A stretch of 64,000 bases of DNA from Basidiobolus meristosporus CBS 931.73 (taxonomy: Eukaryota; Fungi; Basidiobolomycota), in NCBI GenBank assembly GCA_002104905.1, contig MCFE01000051.1:62001-126000 (forward strand), given 5' to 3'. Shown piece after piece: positions 1-13,935 of this stretch. The notes under the pieces were generated by a model. It saw only the letters and a program-made list of their open reading frames with translations, searched no databases and was not told the origin of the DNA. A program made the position numbers and the translations under genes. Position 1 is the stretch's first letter. The number at the start of each line of letters is the position of its first letter.

Positions 1-3000
1 CTAGTCAGTGACTTGAGTCTTTGGGATGATGCTGCCCTAATTAGTCAGTTTCAAGATAGACACAATGAAGTCAGTGACCTACTACCCACACTCCCTAACC
101 CAACTACCTTGGGTGAAGCTATACATCAAGCAATCCAATGTGACAATCACCTTTTCCGGATGAAACAAAAGTTCCAACATACTTATCATCCAACCTCATT
201 CCCAGTAATCCAGTCACCCAGTACTAAGCCTGATGATCATATGCAAATTGACAGTGCCAAATACACAAAACTTACAACAGAAGAAAGATCCAGACTTCAA
301 CAGGCAAACCTCTGCCTTTACTGTGGCCAACCAGGCCATTTTACCAAGTCTTGTCCCAACAAGAAGTCCAGCTTCAAACTCCTGCAATTATTAAGTGAAC
401 AGCCTTCTCCAGAGTTGTTGGAAAACTCCAGTGTCTGGTTACAGTGACAGGCTTGCAACTGGACTCTCCAATGAAAATTCAACACATTCAAGAAACATCA
501 TACACTACCAAGTCCATCTAGTCCTTAAGAATACCTGTCAGCATCCATATCCCTGAATTCAGTCCTGTTCATGTCCTTGTCCTCATATACTCTGGTTCTT
601 CCTCCAGTTCATTGACCAGTCCTTTGTCCAGAAGCACAAAATCCCCACTATCCTGAAATCCTGTCCTGTCCTGTCCAAGTAGAACTTATTAAAGCAAGAT
701 CCCTCTCCTCTGGTGCTGTTACCTATGAGACATGTCTGCTCCAGCTGTCCAGTACTGGTCACCATGAGACACTAGCCTTTAACATCATCAACTCTCCCCC
801 CTACTCATAGTCCTTGGAAGCTTATGTTTAGTCACCATAACCCAGTTATCAACTGAAAGACCAAAACCCTGATATTTCCCAGAGTCCATCAGGTCAACTC
901 CATGAAAGCATTTGACTTCTCAAGTGAAGAAGTGTCTTTCCCCAAGCTACCCCAGATGCAAGAACCCAGCATCAATGAAGGAACCCCCTTCAATGGAATA
1001 CCCACCAACTACCAAGAGTTTGCCCATGTCTTTGATAAGAAGAAAGCAGAGCTACTCCCAGCACATAGACCCTAAGACTGTCCCATTGACCTTGAAGATG
1101 GAAAGACCCCACCTTTGGCCCTATCTATAACCTTGTGCAACCTGAGTTGAAAGAACTTCATGACTATAGCCAGGAAAACCTCCAGAAAGGCTTATTCAGC
1201 ACTATAAGTCCCCAGCTGGTGCCCCAATCCTCTTTGTCAAAAAAAAGGATGGTACCCTAAGAATGTGTTGACTACCTGGCACTGAATAAGATCACAATCA
1301 AGAGCTGGTATCATTTGCCTCTGATCAACACCCTGTTGAATCAACACTCTGCTGCCAAAGTATTTACTAAAACTGACCTCAGAGGAGCATATAATCTTGT
1401 CAGGATCCAGCCAGGCAATGAAAGGAAAACTGCCTTCAGAACAAGATATGGTTGCTTTGAATATACAGCAATGTTACTTGGCCTCACCAATGCCCCGGTT
1501 GTCTATCCACACCTGATGAATGATACTTTCAGGGAGTACCTTGACCAATTTGTGGTTATCCACCCTGATGATATCCTGATCTACTTCAACACTCAAGATG
1601 AATATAATTCCCATGTGAAGAAAGTCTTGACTAAGCTTGACACCTCTGGCCTCTATGCCAAACTGAAAAATGTGAGTTTGTCCAGAAAGAAGTTGAGTTC
1701 CTAGGTTATCTTATAAGCTCAAATGGAACAAGAATGGATCCCAAGAAAGTAGAAGCCATCCAATCCTGACAAACTCCCTGCTCTGTAAAAGAAGTCTAAA
1801 CCTTCCTTGGATTTGCCAACTTCTACTGCAGATTTGTTGCCAACTACTCCAAGATAGTCACTCCCTTGACAAAGCTCATCCAGAAAGTCTGCCCTTTGCC
1901 TAGAATAAGGAACAGTCTGAGTCCTTTGATTCTACCAAGAAATCCTTCCTGTGTGCCCCATTGCTTGTCCACCCCAACTTTGAGAGTCCTTTCATCATAG
2001 AAACTAATGCCCCTGACTTTGCCCTTGGTGCCATCCTTTCCCAGTATGATGACAAAGATGTGCTACACCCTATTGCATTCTACTTGCAAAAATTTCCTAC
2101 AGCTGAGGTAAACTATGACATCTATGACAAGGAACTACTTGCAATCATTATTGCCTTTGAGCAATGGAGAAACTACCTTGATGGTGCAGCTCAAAAGGTA
2201 AAGATCTTCCATGACCACAAGAACCTTGAGTACTTTACCACCTAAAAAGTACTGAGCAGAAGACAAGCCAGATGGTCCCTCTTCCTGTCTAGCTTTGACT
2301 TTTCATCACCTATAGACCTGGTGTGAAACAAGGAAAACCAAATGCCTTGTCCAGAAAGATGGAGCATTCCCTTGAAGAAGAGGATGATGCATGTTGGCGA
2401 ATGAAAAACCTTGTACTCAACAAAAGAAATTTTGAGCTCCTTGTAACCCAGTCCTCCGCTATTATAGCTCCTCTACTCCTTGAGAAGGTCAAGACCAGCC
2501 AAGCCACCAACTCCACAGCGGCAATAATCAAGAAATTCCTCAAGTCTCCCACTGACCCACCACCCAAGTACCCAAACCTCCAGCACCTACATCTAGTCAA
2601 TAACATCATCTATAACCAGCATCAACTGTTTGTCCCAGACCTTGATACCTGGTTAGATATCATCCACTCTTGCCATGATGCAATGGCTGCAGGACATATT
2701 GGTATTGCCAAAACTATGGATGCAATCAAGAGAGACTTCTGGTGGCCCAAGATGATATCCCTTGTCAAGGGGTACCTCCAATCCTGTGACACAAGTAATT
2801 GTGCAAAATCTGCCAGACACCGGCCATATAGACTTCTTCAACCCTTGCTAATTCCTGACCAGCAATGGAAGTCAATTTCAATGGACTTCATAACTAACCT
2901 CCCAGAGTCCATCCAATTTAATTCAGTCCTGGTAGTGGCAGATAGACTCACAAAGATGGCTCACCTCATTCCCTGCTCCAAGAATATGAATGACAAGGAG

Positions 3001-3814
3001 ATTGCCCACCAAGTAATCAAGAACATTTTCTGGCTCCATGATATCCCAAGTGACATTGTATCTGATAGAGGACTCCAGTTCATATCAAAACTCTGGAAAT
3101 ACTTTATGCAATATCTTGGTGTGCAAGTCAAGCTCTCAACTACTTTTCATCCTCAGTCAGATGGTCAGAGGGAGAGAATTAACCAGATTCTTGATCAATA
3201 CCTCTGGTGCTATATCAACTATCAGCAAGACAACAGGACCCAGCTGCTACCACTAGCAGAATTTGCCTACAACAACTCATGGCATAGTGCAACCAGTCTC
3301 ACACCATTCCATGTTATGGTTTTCATCTGCAATTTGATATTCAGATTCAAACAAACCCTATGAGCCCCCAGCAGCCAAGCATGCATCAACAATTCTAGAT
3401 ATCCAAGAAACACTCAAGTAAGTACTATGCTTAGCCTGTGAGGGGTACAAGAAGTTTGCAGACAACAAATGGCAGCCTAGCCCCAAGCTTAATGAAGGAA
3501 ATTCAGTATGGCTCTTGAGAAGAAACATTGTTACCAGCCACCCTTGTGACAAATTAGACTACAAGAAGCTAGGGCCTTTCAAGAACAAGAAGAAACTTAG
3601 TCCAGTTTCATACCAACTACAGCTGCCACCAAGTGTGAAAATACACAACACATTCCGTGTATCCCTACCAGAGCCATTCCATGAGAGTACTCTACCCAAC
3701 CAGCACCCAGCAAATCCCCCAGCCATCCAAGTAGACAAACACCAGGAGTTTGAAGTTCAGCAAGTATTGGATTCAAAGTACATGAAATCCCAACTTTACT
3801 ATCTTGTAGACTGA
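1..3814 (+). mobile_element. Ty3/Gypsy chromovirus (family A), degenerate, both ends missing
   Basis: Order gag CCHC knuckle CLYCGQPGHFTKSC (13-447), RT (KTDLRGAYNLVRI..HPDDILIY, 1315-1704), RNase H ([24 protein letters not shown], 1961-2245), integrase (HDAMAAGHIG, SISMDFIT, SDRG, 2323-3363), chromodomain FEVQQVLDSK..YYLVD (3515-3814); many stops and frameshifts. Confidence 0.95.
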
Positions 3815-3815
3815 T

Positions 3816-5217
3816 TGAGTTAATATTACCATATGCAATAATACAAATGCAAGAACTGGGTGAACTAGATATGTATTTATTTCAGTGGCCTTCTGCTTTT
3901 TTCAGCTTTTGTGCAAGGAGTTTACGGCAGGATTTGAGTGGTTATATTACAAACATAAATCTGAATGCATACATCTCTGCTGCTACTGTATCCATTTGCT
4001 ACTCCATCTTGCCTAGTGTGTGGAGAATATTGGGCCTTGCTTTGCCTTTTGGGTGTTTCCTATGGAGCAGATGTGTGGGTAGATAGGAAGACATATTAAA
4101 TTGCAAGTTTACCATATCCCAATCTCATCAAGAATATTACCTTCAAGTCTGCCATGGATGTGATGAGTTGGCAAATGGAGGACAGTCAGGAAGAATTGGA
4201 ATATACTGAGGACACTTGTGCATGCTGAGTCACCTATGCATATGGCAGTAAGAAGCTAAGCAGCCCCAATGAGTGGGTAATCTGTCAAGTAATGCAAAGT
4301 TGGGTTGGGTGCAACAAGGAACTAGTTTTTATTAGGAAAGCTCTACCAAATATGCCAAGTTTCTCTTGGTCACAAGCAATTTTTTCACCATTCAATACAG
4401 AATTCACACAAACAAGAGCCAGAGTGCACCTAGAAGGGGGACTAGAATCTGGCAGGGAAAATCAAAATATTTGCTAAATACTGCAAAGTTCTTTGTGGAT
4501 ATTCAGGCAGTATTCATGGCAGAAGTGGTGGCAACTAATAATGTGTTTACAAGATATATATGTTACTAGCAATACAAGGTATATGGCAACTTTGCAAGTA
4601 TTGCACTAGAAAGCTGTAAAGTTGAGGTGATAGAGGTATATGAATTGCAGAAGGTGTGCATATTTGTGGAGGTTAGTAAGCAAGAAGCCATGATTTTACT
4701 ATTTGAACTATTTGTGGAATACCCAAGGTAGTAGTGGGTAAGCAAATAAAGAGGGGTGCTTCTACAGTGGAATATATGAATTGTGCAAGGGGAGGTAGAA
4801 TAAGGGAATACTATTTGGCAAATTGGTACAGTAGCATTATACAGAACTAGCTGTAGGTCACTATACTGCTGTGATAATGTCATCAGAGGCTTGTCATGAG
4901 GCCATCAAAGCACCATCAAGTTTCTTACTATATAAGACAATATGATGTAATAGCCAGTGAGATCCACTCAAATAGTTATAGAATGCACTAAGCCCACCAC
5001 AATGATATGCAACTCTTGTTAAAACACTGCCCAAACACTGTCCTATTTTTCAACTATTTTGGCAGCAAAATTAGCCAAATGCCATTGTGATCCTGTCATA
5101 GGATTGTGTAGGGGGTCATTAATTCCAAGCTGCTGGTATTATAATGGTCTCCTAACAGGATCCTGATGACTGATCTGGATCAGACCCATCTGCTGGACCA
5201 AATTATATTTCATAGGG
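3816..5217 (+). mobile_element. CACTA/CMC-type DNA transposon, 3' fragment with right terminus (copy B)
   Basis: Colinear with 33740-34930 and with 43040-43492 plus 46735-47264; ends ...tatatttcataggg at 5217 (reverse complement CCCTATGAAATATAAT, matching the family left end). Confidence 0.85.
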
Positions 5218-6695
5218 AGATCCACATGTAAGAATTCTGCACCCTAGTGAGCAATCAGCTGTGTTCTCAGTTCCTAATGGAGTGGGTCAAGGCTCTGTGC
5301 TTGGCCCTTTACTACTTACCATATTCCTGAATGACTTCTCAAGACTCTCAGCTGATGGCTTGATTATCCATACTGCTGATGATATCAGAATACTTATATC
5401 CAATGTCCTGCAAGACTCCAAGACCATCCACCTGTATCCGCAGAAGAATAATCTCTAGCTTTCCATTACAAATACAGTATCTTTGGGTAGTCCTATCTAT
5501 ATAGAGGCCAGCACTCTACCTGCTCAAGTTTCTGCTACATATCTCTAAGAAAAAAACCAAAAAAAAGGCCAGCATTACACCATTATAGTATTAGCTGAAT
5601 TCCAAGTTTCCCAAAATTAACAGTTGTCAATATCTCAGGTACTAGCTACTGAGCAGACAAGCAAGCCTATTTTCCTGGAGGAGACTAGGCCAACTGCATC
5701 CAAACCAAGTCTGGTAAATAGCTGACCACTACTTCCATCAAAAATTGTGAATAAAAATTTAAGCAAAAAACCATCTCAATACCTGCAAAATACCATCACA
5801 ATACCTGCAGAAAATCCAATAAATTCCAAGTTTAAGATTTTTCATTGGGTATCATGACTTCCCTTTTCTTTCTACGGACTATATCCTTGAGCACACGTGA
5901 ACAAGAGAATCATCCTGGCAAAACAGTCACTCCTCAAGCTTGTAGCTTTTAACCCTCCTACAACGTATACTACCAGCTGCCTCCTTCTACCCAAGCAGTT
6001 TGTCTTCCCTGTCCTAGATTTTGGATTACTGCTACTACTACTTACTTCTAGAGTCTGCACTAAGCTCAACAAGTTTGCAGTCTGATGCATTACCTCCTTA
6101 ATGCCTCATCTGCCCCAATACCCCTACAGAAATGCTATTCTTGGTACATTTGGGTTTATGCCTTATAGCTCAGACTATTCTATACTAGACCCAGAAGATA
6201 TCTCAGACCCCACCACTGCAACATCCCACTGATCAAGGCCTGGAAGAGCCCCCATCACGATATACCTGGCCCCTGCTGGAGAAGCATACTTGGAGATCCA
6301 AATATTAATAAGTTTGCAAAATATATTCTGCAGTCAGAAAAGCCCAATTTGGCCTACCTGCAATACCTGACAGACCTTTGGCAGCAATATCTGAAGCTGC
6401 ACACTCCCTTCATAATGGTATGAATCAAATATGTTTCCCTTACAGATGCAGTTGACATATAATTGTTATATCAATTCATGTCATATCTACCTTATTAATG
6501 TTGTTCACAAATCATTCTTACCCCTCTTCCCACTGAGCAATGTTTTGATCACTGAATAACTATCATCTCTCCTGATTAACTTACCTTCAAATTCCCCTCA
6601 GCTACAAACTCTTGTATCAAAGCTAAAACAGTAGTGTTAGCCTCTTTGTTTCAATTGAGATATAGACTTCACCTATTGGTTGCTGTCTCTCCACC
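5218..6695 (+). mobile_element. Non-LTR (LINE) retrotransposon RT relic, copy 1
   Basis: FSVPNGVGQGSVLGPLLLTIFLNDF..HTADDI corresponds to RT motifs GVPQGSVLGP and YADD; downstream VFPVLDFG region; interrupted by a MITE at 5543-5849. Confidence 0.8.
5543..5849. mobile_element. 307-bp non-autonomous CACTA-family MITE
   Basis: Ends CTCTAAGAAAAA / TTTTTCATTGGG resemble the family TIR CCCTATGAAAAA; TAT flanks both sides (5540-5542, 5850-5852); absent from the sister LINE copy at ~7020. Confidence 0.8.
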
Positions 6696-7840
6696 GGAAG
6701 ATCCACAAGCAAGAATCCTGCACCCAAGCTAGCAATTAGGTATTCTCTCAGTTCCTAATGGTGTAGTTTAGGGCCCTGTGCTTGGTCCTATACTGTTTGC
6801 TATCTTCTTGAATGACTTCCTAGGAGCTTCAGCTGACTGCCTGGTTACCCTCCTTACTGATGCTATCATAATATCCTCCTCCAATGTGCAGTAAGACTTG
6901 CAGACCATCTACCAGTATCTGCAGAAGAATAATCTCCCACTTTCCATTACAATAATAGTACCTTTGGATAGTCCTATCTTTCTAGAGGACTGCACTCTAC
7001 CTGCTCAAGTTGCCGCTACATATCTTTGCTTCCCTTTCCTTCCTACTAGACAATATTCTGGAGCACACCTGAGCAAGAGAATCATCCTGGTGTGGCAGGA
7101 ACTTGGCAAGCTTATCACTGTTACTCCTACAAATTCTGCTCCCAGCTGCCTCCTTCTGCTCAAGTAGTTTGTCTTCCCTGTCATGGAACTTTGCTTACCA
7201 GTTCTAGCTCTTACTTTAGAGACTGCACTAAACTTGCCAAGCTTGCAGTCTTGTGCATTACCTCCTTGATGCCGCATCTGCCTGCATGCCCCTATAGACA
7301 TGTAATTCTTAGTACTTTTAGGCTTATGCCATACATATCAGACTTCTTTACCCTTGAATCACATTATATATAGACTGCACCACCTCAATAGCCCACTGAT
7401 CAAGGTCTGGAAGAGCACTCATCACACTACACCTGGCTCCTACTTGAGAAGCAAATATGGAGATCCAGATGTCAAGGAGTTTGCTAATTATATCTTGCAG
7501 TCAGGAAAGCCCATGAAAGCGTTTGTAAAGCACTTGAAAGACCCTTGGCAGCAATATCTGGAGCAGCATATTCCCTTTATGAATAGTATCAATCCATACC
7601 ATATTCCCATTAGTAATGTTGTTGACAAATCAATCTTACTTCTCTGGTTATCTCCCTTGCCACTCAAAGAGTCTCAAGCACTGAAGAATTATTGTTTCTT
7701 CTGGTTAACTTACCTATTAATTCCCATCAGCTACACACTTATTTATCAAAGCTACAACAGTAGTGCTAGCTTCTTATTTCAACTGAAATAAAGATCCCAC
7801 CTGGTGGTGACTGACTCCCCCACTTGGTAATAATAAATAA
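6696..7840 (+). mobile_element. LINE RT relic, copy 2 (tandem with copy 1)
   Basis: Colinear with 5218-6695; ends in a taataataaataa tail (7828-7840). Confidence 0.8.
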
Positions 7841-8285
7841 GATTTTGCCTGTTAGTGATTATCATCCCCCTGACCTTAAGGCATTATGTAGCAAGAATAC
7901 AAAAAGTTAATTGTGCCAAATAGTGCCACTGCTTGGATGCAATGTTAAAGACCCCTATACTTCCATTGAAAGAAGTGACAGACAATGCACAACTTATGTT
8001 ATAGACAAAGTTACCATATATTGTCCACTCATTCTTTCCCACTATGCATTACTATTTCTGAGGATTTACTATGCAAGATCTGCAACATCTATATTATTAT
8101 GGACAGTTAGATATACTTTATATATCTTAAGATTTTTGTAATCCTCAGTGCATTTGTAGTACCAGGAGAGAACTGGTACTATATGGCATGATTCAGCAGA
8201 GCAAGTCTATTAACCATGATTGTACTGGTGCACATATAACTTACTTCATGAGTGTATTTCAATGTGAATGAAACTCCTTGACAAG

Positions 8286-8525
8286 ATACACTTTACTACT
8301 GCAGCAGTGATTTTGGCCCTTGCTTCTCTTCAGCTGGTGGTTGCCGCTCCAATTGTGTACTCTTCTCCTTGTACCAGTCAGTATCAATGGGTCCATTAGT
8401 GTAGCTCACCATGTGCACTGGATGCAGAAGGCTGCCATCAGAATGATCAAGTCTTGCTCACCATTAAGACATCAAATGCATAAGTGCCTTTATTGTGACA
8501 GATATTAACCACTGTTGCCAGAAAA
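8286..8525 (+). pseudogene. Pseudogene of a secreted Cys-containing protein (paralog 1)
   Basis: (ATA)HFTTAAVILALASLQLVVAAP signal-peptide-like start; gapless 80-codon alignment to paralog 2 (38/80 identical); start lost (ATG>ATA) and 3 in-frame stops; 3' end not defined. Confidence 0.7.
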
Positions 8526-10393
8526 CACAATGATCTAATAACAGCTTCAACATGAAATATCAAGCAGATCCCAGTCTCAAAGCAGAGTGCTCTGCAAGCA
8601 CATCAGAATATACCAAACAGATGGATGCTGAGCACTTCAAAGATAGCTGCTCAAGTCTCAATGTCTTTATGCAGCCTACCCAAGATGTGCAATACCCGGC
8701 ACTCATGGTTGAGACCTAATGTGTCTCAGACTATCCTGACCAAAGTGAATGATATACATCCTGTGCTGATAATAGCACTTGAGGTAGCCTAATAAAGCTT
8801 ACATACTTGTTCTCTCAACCAAGAAGAAATCGGGAATTTGATAGAATTAATATGAGTAGTATGACATTAGGTATACAATATATTGATTGATGGGAAAGTT
8901 CCTACTTATATACCTGGGCTTAACCCTCACCCTCATATAAATATTTATCACTCATATAATGGTTGCTAAACAGGGAGGCATAATCCATCTTTAACAATGG
9001 TGATGGTGTATGTTTCCGGTCCAAACATTGTGCTGTCTACAAAGTTTAGGGAGCTACTACGACCAGAGTACAGTGTATAGAGACAAGGAACACAAAGGTG
9101 GATAAAATATAAATAGCGCAATGCATCATGTAACATTTAGCTTTCTGTACAAGGTATTTGGCCAGACACTCTTGTGTAACTGGGTCCGCAAAGGTTACAC
9201 TCTGGTATGTATTATGTATACTTCTGGTTCAAATAACAAAAGATATCTTCAGCTCATCAGTTGAGAAGATTGATTTCCGCCAGTCCATTTCCCCCCCCCA
9301 ATGTTCTAAGAAATTGGCTATCCCAGTATGAGCAATGTAAAATCTGTTTAGATATCTAATCAAGAGCAATATGTCATTCTAGAATTACATTTCAAATAGG
9401 AAGCAATGCTCACTGATTTCAAATGCATTCTGTGCCATCCCATAGTGTATCCATCTGATAATTGGATAATTGTCAAAGCACTTATTTCAGGGGTCAAAAG
9501 CTTCAAGCTTCTCTATTTAACCTGTGGTAGTTGTGGAAGGAGCCTTCTCTAACAATGATGAAGAAAATGGGCATGCATCTCATTGGGATGGAATGTCAAG
9601 TTGTGAAGCCAGTCACATTACTGAACACTGAACATAGTGTAGTAATCCGCCATGGAGGACACAGTGCTGTGCACCTCCAGGTGTATTGTGAATCTCTGCT
9701 AAGCCCAGGAATGCCAATGAAATTGGTTGGCCCAGTAGCAAGCTATTCTCAGAAATTTATTAAAGTTAAGACAAATAAATGAACCAGCTATGTTGACACA
9801 AATTGTCATGGAGAAGCCTGACACAAAAGTAACTGCATATAAATAAAGTTAAGACTGCTTTAAGGAACCAGGATTTTGGTTTGTTTTTTCTGTGGTAAAT
9901 GAAGCCAAATATAATTGCTTGAAAGTGGGAGTTTCCTGTTCATATAGGGGAGAGTAAGGGTAACTGTGCTATATTTATAGCATTTTCAAGACAAAGAGTG
10001 TATAATTGAAGTGATTGTAGACTAATATAATCCAAAAAAGAACCTCAAGCACATTGAGAAAGGCCCAATTCCAAATTTGGATACAACATAACTCTGTCAG
10101 ATCACATTTTAAAAGTTTGGATTGTCTAATTTATCCAGCATTGAGCATCAACTCTCTCTGGTGTTCCTCATTACTAAATCAAGTTTAATAGATGATATGC
10201 ATATTAGTGAGCAAATCCAAAGTCTTCCAAATCCCGCAGTATATGTTTTTTACCACTCACTGACTGCTAAAATTTTGTCAGCCTTCTAACCACATTAGAT
10301 TACTTACTATGCTATTTATTCAGGGGTATGTCACCCATCAATGTAGCTATTTGACAGGATGCATTTTACTCCAGCAGCAGTGATTTTAGCACT

Positions 10394-10761
10394 TGTTATG
10401 ATCTGCTGCTTGAATGCTTAAGTTGGATCAGTTTTTAGTCAAATCAATTAGTATATGTGTAGGTTATCAGTATATTAGTATTATCTATGAAATCAGTAGC
10501 ATTAGTCAGCAAATGAATCAGCAGATCCTTATCAGACACAAATAGATATATTAAGTAGGATCTTATTGTGTGATGAAGATGTAATCAAATGAGTCATCAG
10601 CCACAACCTACATTAGGAAATACAATTAGTCAGCAATTGATCTGGCAAAATGTATATAAGGAGCTGCTGGAACCTCAATAAAAGTCAGTTCAAGTTTTAG
10701 TGAATACAATACTAGCCAAACTCCCTATTCCTATGCAACTCTTATACCAAGACTTGTAACA
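10394..10761 (+). repeat. Gypsy-B 5' LTR
   Basis: TGTTATG...TGTAACA; internal TATATAA and AATAAA; ~16 differences from the 3' LTR. Confidence 0.97.
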
Positions 10762-13700
10762 TTGGTAGCAGCAATAACCAGAAACCTCCCTCCTGAAGAA
10801 AGAAGAAACTACCCTCAAGATGTTGGACAATCAAGAATGGAAGAATGCCATGCAGCAAATCCTGGCCCAACATCAACAGTTACCCCAGATCCTCAGCCAA
10901 CAGCAAAAAGGAATGACTACCATGGCTTAGAGCCAGCAAAGCCCTGTCAAGAGCAACTTTAGTGTGAAGGTCAACCGGTACCATGGCAGAGTCAATGAAA
11001 ACCTGGGAACTTGTCTCTTTCAAATTGAAGAAGCTTTTAAAGCTGAAGGAATTGCTCCAGAAAGCAAGTTGCATTATGCAGCTTCTTACCTGGCAGATGC
11101 AGCTTTATAGTGGTACCACAACAAGATCAGGTCAGCCACTATGATGAGATGCTCTACAATCTCTACCTGGGATGAGTTTGTGTTGGAAATTCAGGATGCT
11201 TTTGAGCCTCCACATCAGCAGACACTACTAAAAAGGAAGTTGAAGACACTCAGACGGAAAGGAATGGTCCAAGAGTACATCTATAAGAAATATTCAGACA
11301 TGTTTCCAGATGAGCTTGTAAGCTTACCACCAGTCAGAGAAGTGGATCATGCCATTGACACAGGAGATAGCCCTCCAGTGAGCAAGACACCTTACACAAT
11401 GAGTCCATTGGAACTGGAGGAAATGAAGAGACAAATTGATCAGCTATTGGAGCAAGGATATATCAGACCCAGCAAGTCACATTGGGGAGCACCAGTGCTT
11501 TTTGAGAAAAAGAAGGATGGAACACTTATGATGTGCATTGACTACAGAGTGCTGAACTCAGTTACTGTCAAGAATAGGTACCCCATACCTTAAATTGATG
11601 AGCTTTTGGACCAACTTAATGGAGCCACTATTTGCAGCAAGATTGACCTCATCTCAAGATACAACCAGATTAGGGTGAAGCCAGAAGATATCCCTAACAC
11701 AGCATTCAGGACAAGATATGGACATTACAAGTACTTAGTCATGAGTTTTGGCCTCACTAATGCCCCTGCAACATTCATGACGCTGCTGCAGACTGTCTTT
11801 CAGGAGTACTTAGACAAGTTTGTGATAATCTACCTGGATGATATATTGATATAGAGGAAGACAGAAGGGGATCACGTGGTGCACATTGAAAAGCTCTTGA
11901 AGAAACTAAGAGAGAACAAGCTATATGGCAAGCCAGCCAAGTGTGAATTCTTCAAGGAACCAATTGAATACCTGGGACACATAGTAACTAGCACAGGAGT
12001 GACCTTAGACCCTAAGAAGGTTAAAGTTATCAAGAACCTGAAGCAGCCCCATAGCATATCAGAACTCAGATCATTCCTTGGAATGGTTTCCTATTATTGG
12101 AGATTTGTCAAGTCTTTTGCAAGTATTGCAGCCCCTTTAACTGATATCCTCAAAAAGACAATACCTACAAGTGGGACATAGCTTGTGAGACTGCCTTCCA
12201 GATGCTCAAGAATGAACTTGCTAAGCTGCCAAGCTTAAGAATACCAGACTTCAGAAAAGGGTTCACTCTGTGCACATATGCTTCAGATTATGCAATTGGT
12301 GGAGTGTTGAGCCAAGAACACAAGGGAAAGAACTACCCTGTTGCCTTTGAATCCAAGAAACTGAACTCAGCAGAACAAAACTATCCAGTCCATGAGAAGG
12401 AGATGCTTGCTATAATACACTGTTTGAAGACATGGAGATGCTATATTGAAGGAGTCAAATGCACTGTGAAGACTGAGCATGCCTCCCTCAAGTATATACT
12501 CACTCAGAAGGTACTCTCGAGAAAAATGACAAGATGGAGTGAATACATTCAGCAATTTGACTTGGAGATTGTCTACAGCCCTGGAAAAAACAACATGGTT
12601 GCTGATGCCTTATCAAGATTAGATCAAGTTGCACAACTCAACTTGGTGCATGAATCAGATTGGCCTATCCTATTACCAAAGTACTTGGAGGACCAAGCCA
12701 TTCCTAATGAGGTGGATGAAGATATCAAGAAGATAATTTGGGATGAAGCCAGCAAATTTGTAGTACAGGATAAAACACTTTACCAAATTGTTGATGGAAG
12801 CCCTATTGCCTATTGCCCTTATGTTTCTCACCTGAATTTAATACATAAGCTACACAATGGATATGGACATCTTGGAATTGAAGGAACCTATAGTCTTGTG
12901 AAAGCCAGAGCATGGTGGCCCAGAATGAAACAAGACATTGAGAAGCTAGTGAGAACATGCCCAAATTGCCAAATCAACAAAGGCCAACCACAGAGAATTG
13001 CTGAACTCTTTCCCTTGGAGCCTGTAAGACCATTTAAAAGATGGGAAATTTACTTTATTGGAAGACTGCCAACTACAAGGAAATGCAACCATTGGATCCT
13101 AGTAGCAATTGACCATGCCACAAAATGGCCAGTGGCTAAAGCTGTACCTATAGCCAGTGAACAAGAATTTGCAAGTTTCATCTACCATAAAATCCTTATG
13201 AAGTTTGGATGCCCTGTAGAGATTCTATCTGATAGAGGTGCAAACTTTATGGCAAAGACATTGGAAGCTTATCTGAAAGTGCAGCAGATCAAACACTTGA
13301 AAACCTTGGCATGTCACCCCAGAACTAATGAGTTACTGAACGGTTTAATGGATTATTTGGAAAAATGCTGACCAAGTATGCAAATGGAATTGTCAGTAGA
13401 TGGGATGAGTATATAGACCAAGCACTCTTTGCATGCAGAGTCAGAGTACACAACAATACCCAGCAATTGCCATTTTACTTAGTGTATGGATGTGAACCAA
13501 GGATTCCAGGAGATCTCACACAACCAAAGTTTACCAAAACCTAAGAAGATGAACTTAGTCAGCCAAGTAGGCACCAGCAATGGGAACAAAGATGTCAAGA
13601 GGCACAGACCAAAGTATCTCAAAGTGCAGAAAAGATGAAGCAGAGATTTGATAAGACTATAGCACCAGAAGCATTGAGAGTTGGGAAGTTTGTAATACTA

Positions 13701-13935
13701 AGAAACAACACTTGGAAGAAGTTTGAGCCATAATGGACAGGACCATTCAAGATCATCAGAGAATGTCCATTTACAACTTCCCAACTAGTGGACAAACAAG
13801 GAAATATCCAGGAAGACTTAGTGCATAGGTACAAACTCTAGCTTGCAAGACTTGCAGATAATACTGAACCATCAAGATATTGGTATCACAAGAAAAGAGA
13901 TTCAAGAGAACCCTCTCAATTTTAGTAGGGAAGAA

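Noticed and set aside
9291-9299. C9 run as a minus-strand PPT of a relic LTR element
   Set aside because: No LTR partner or pol remnant recognisable nearby
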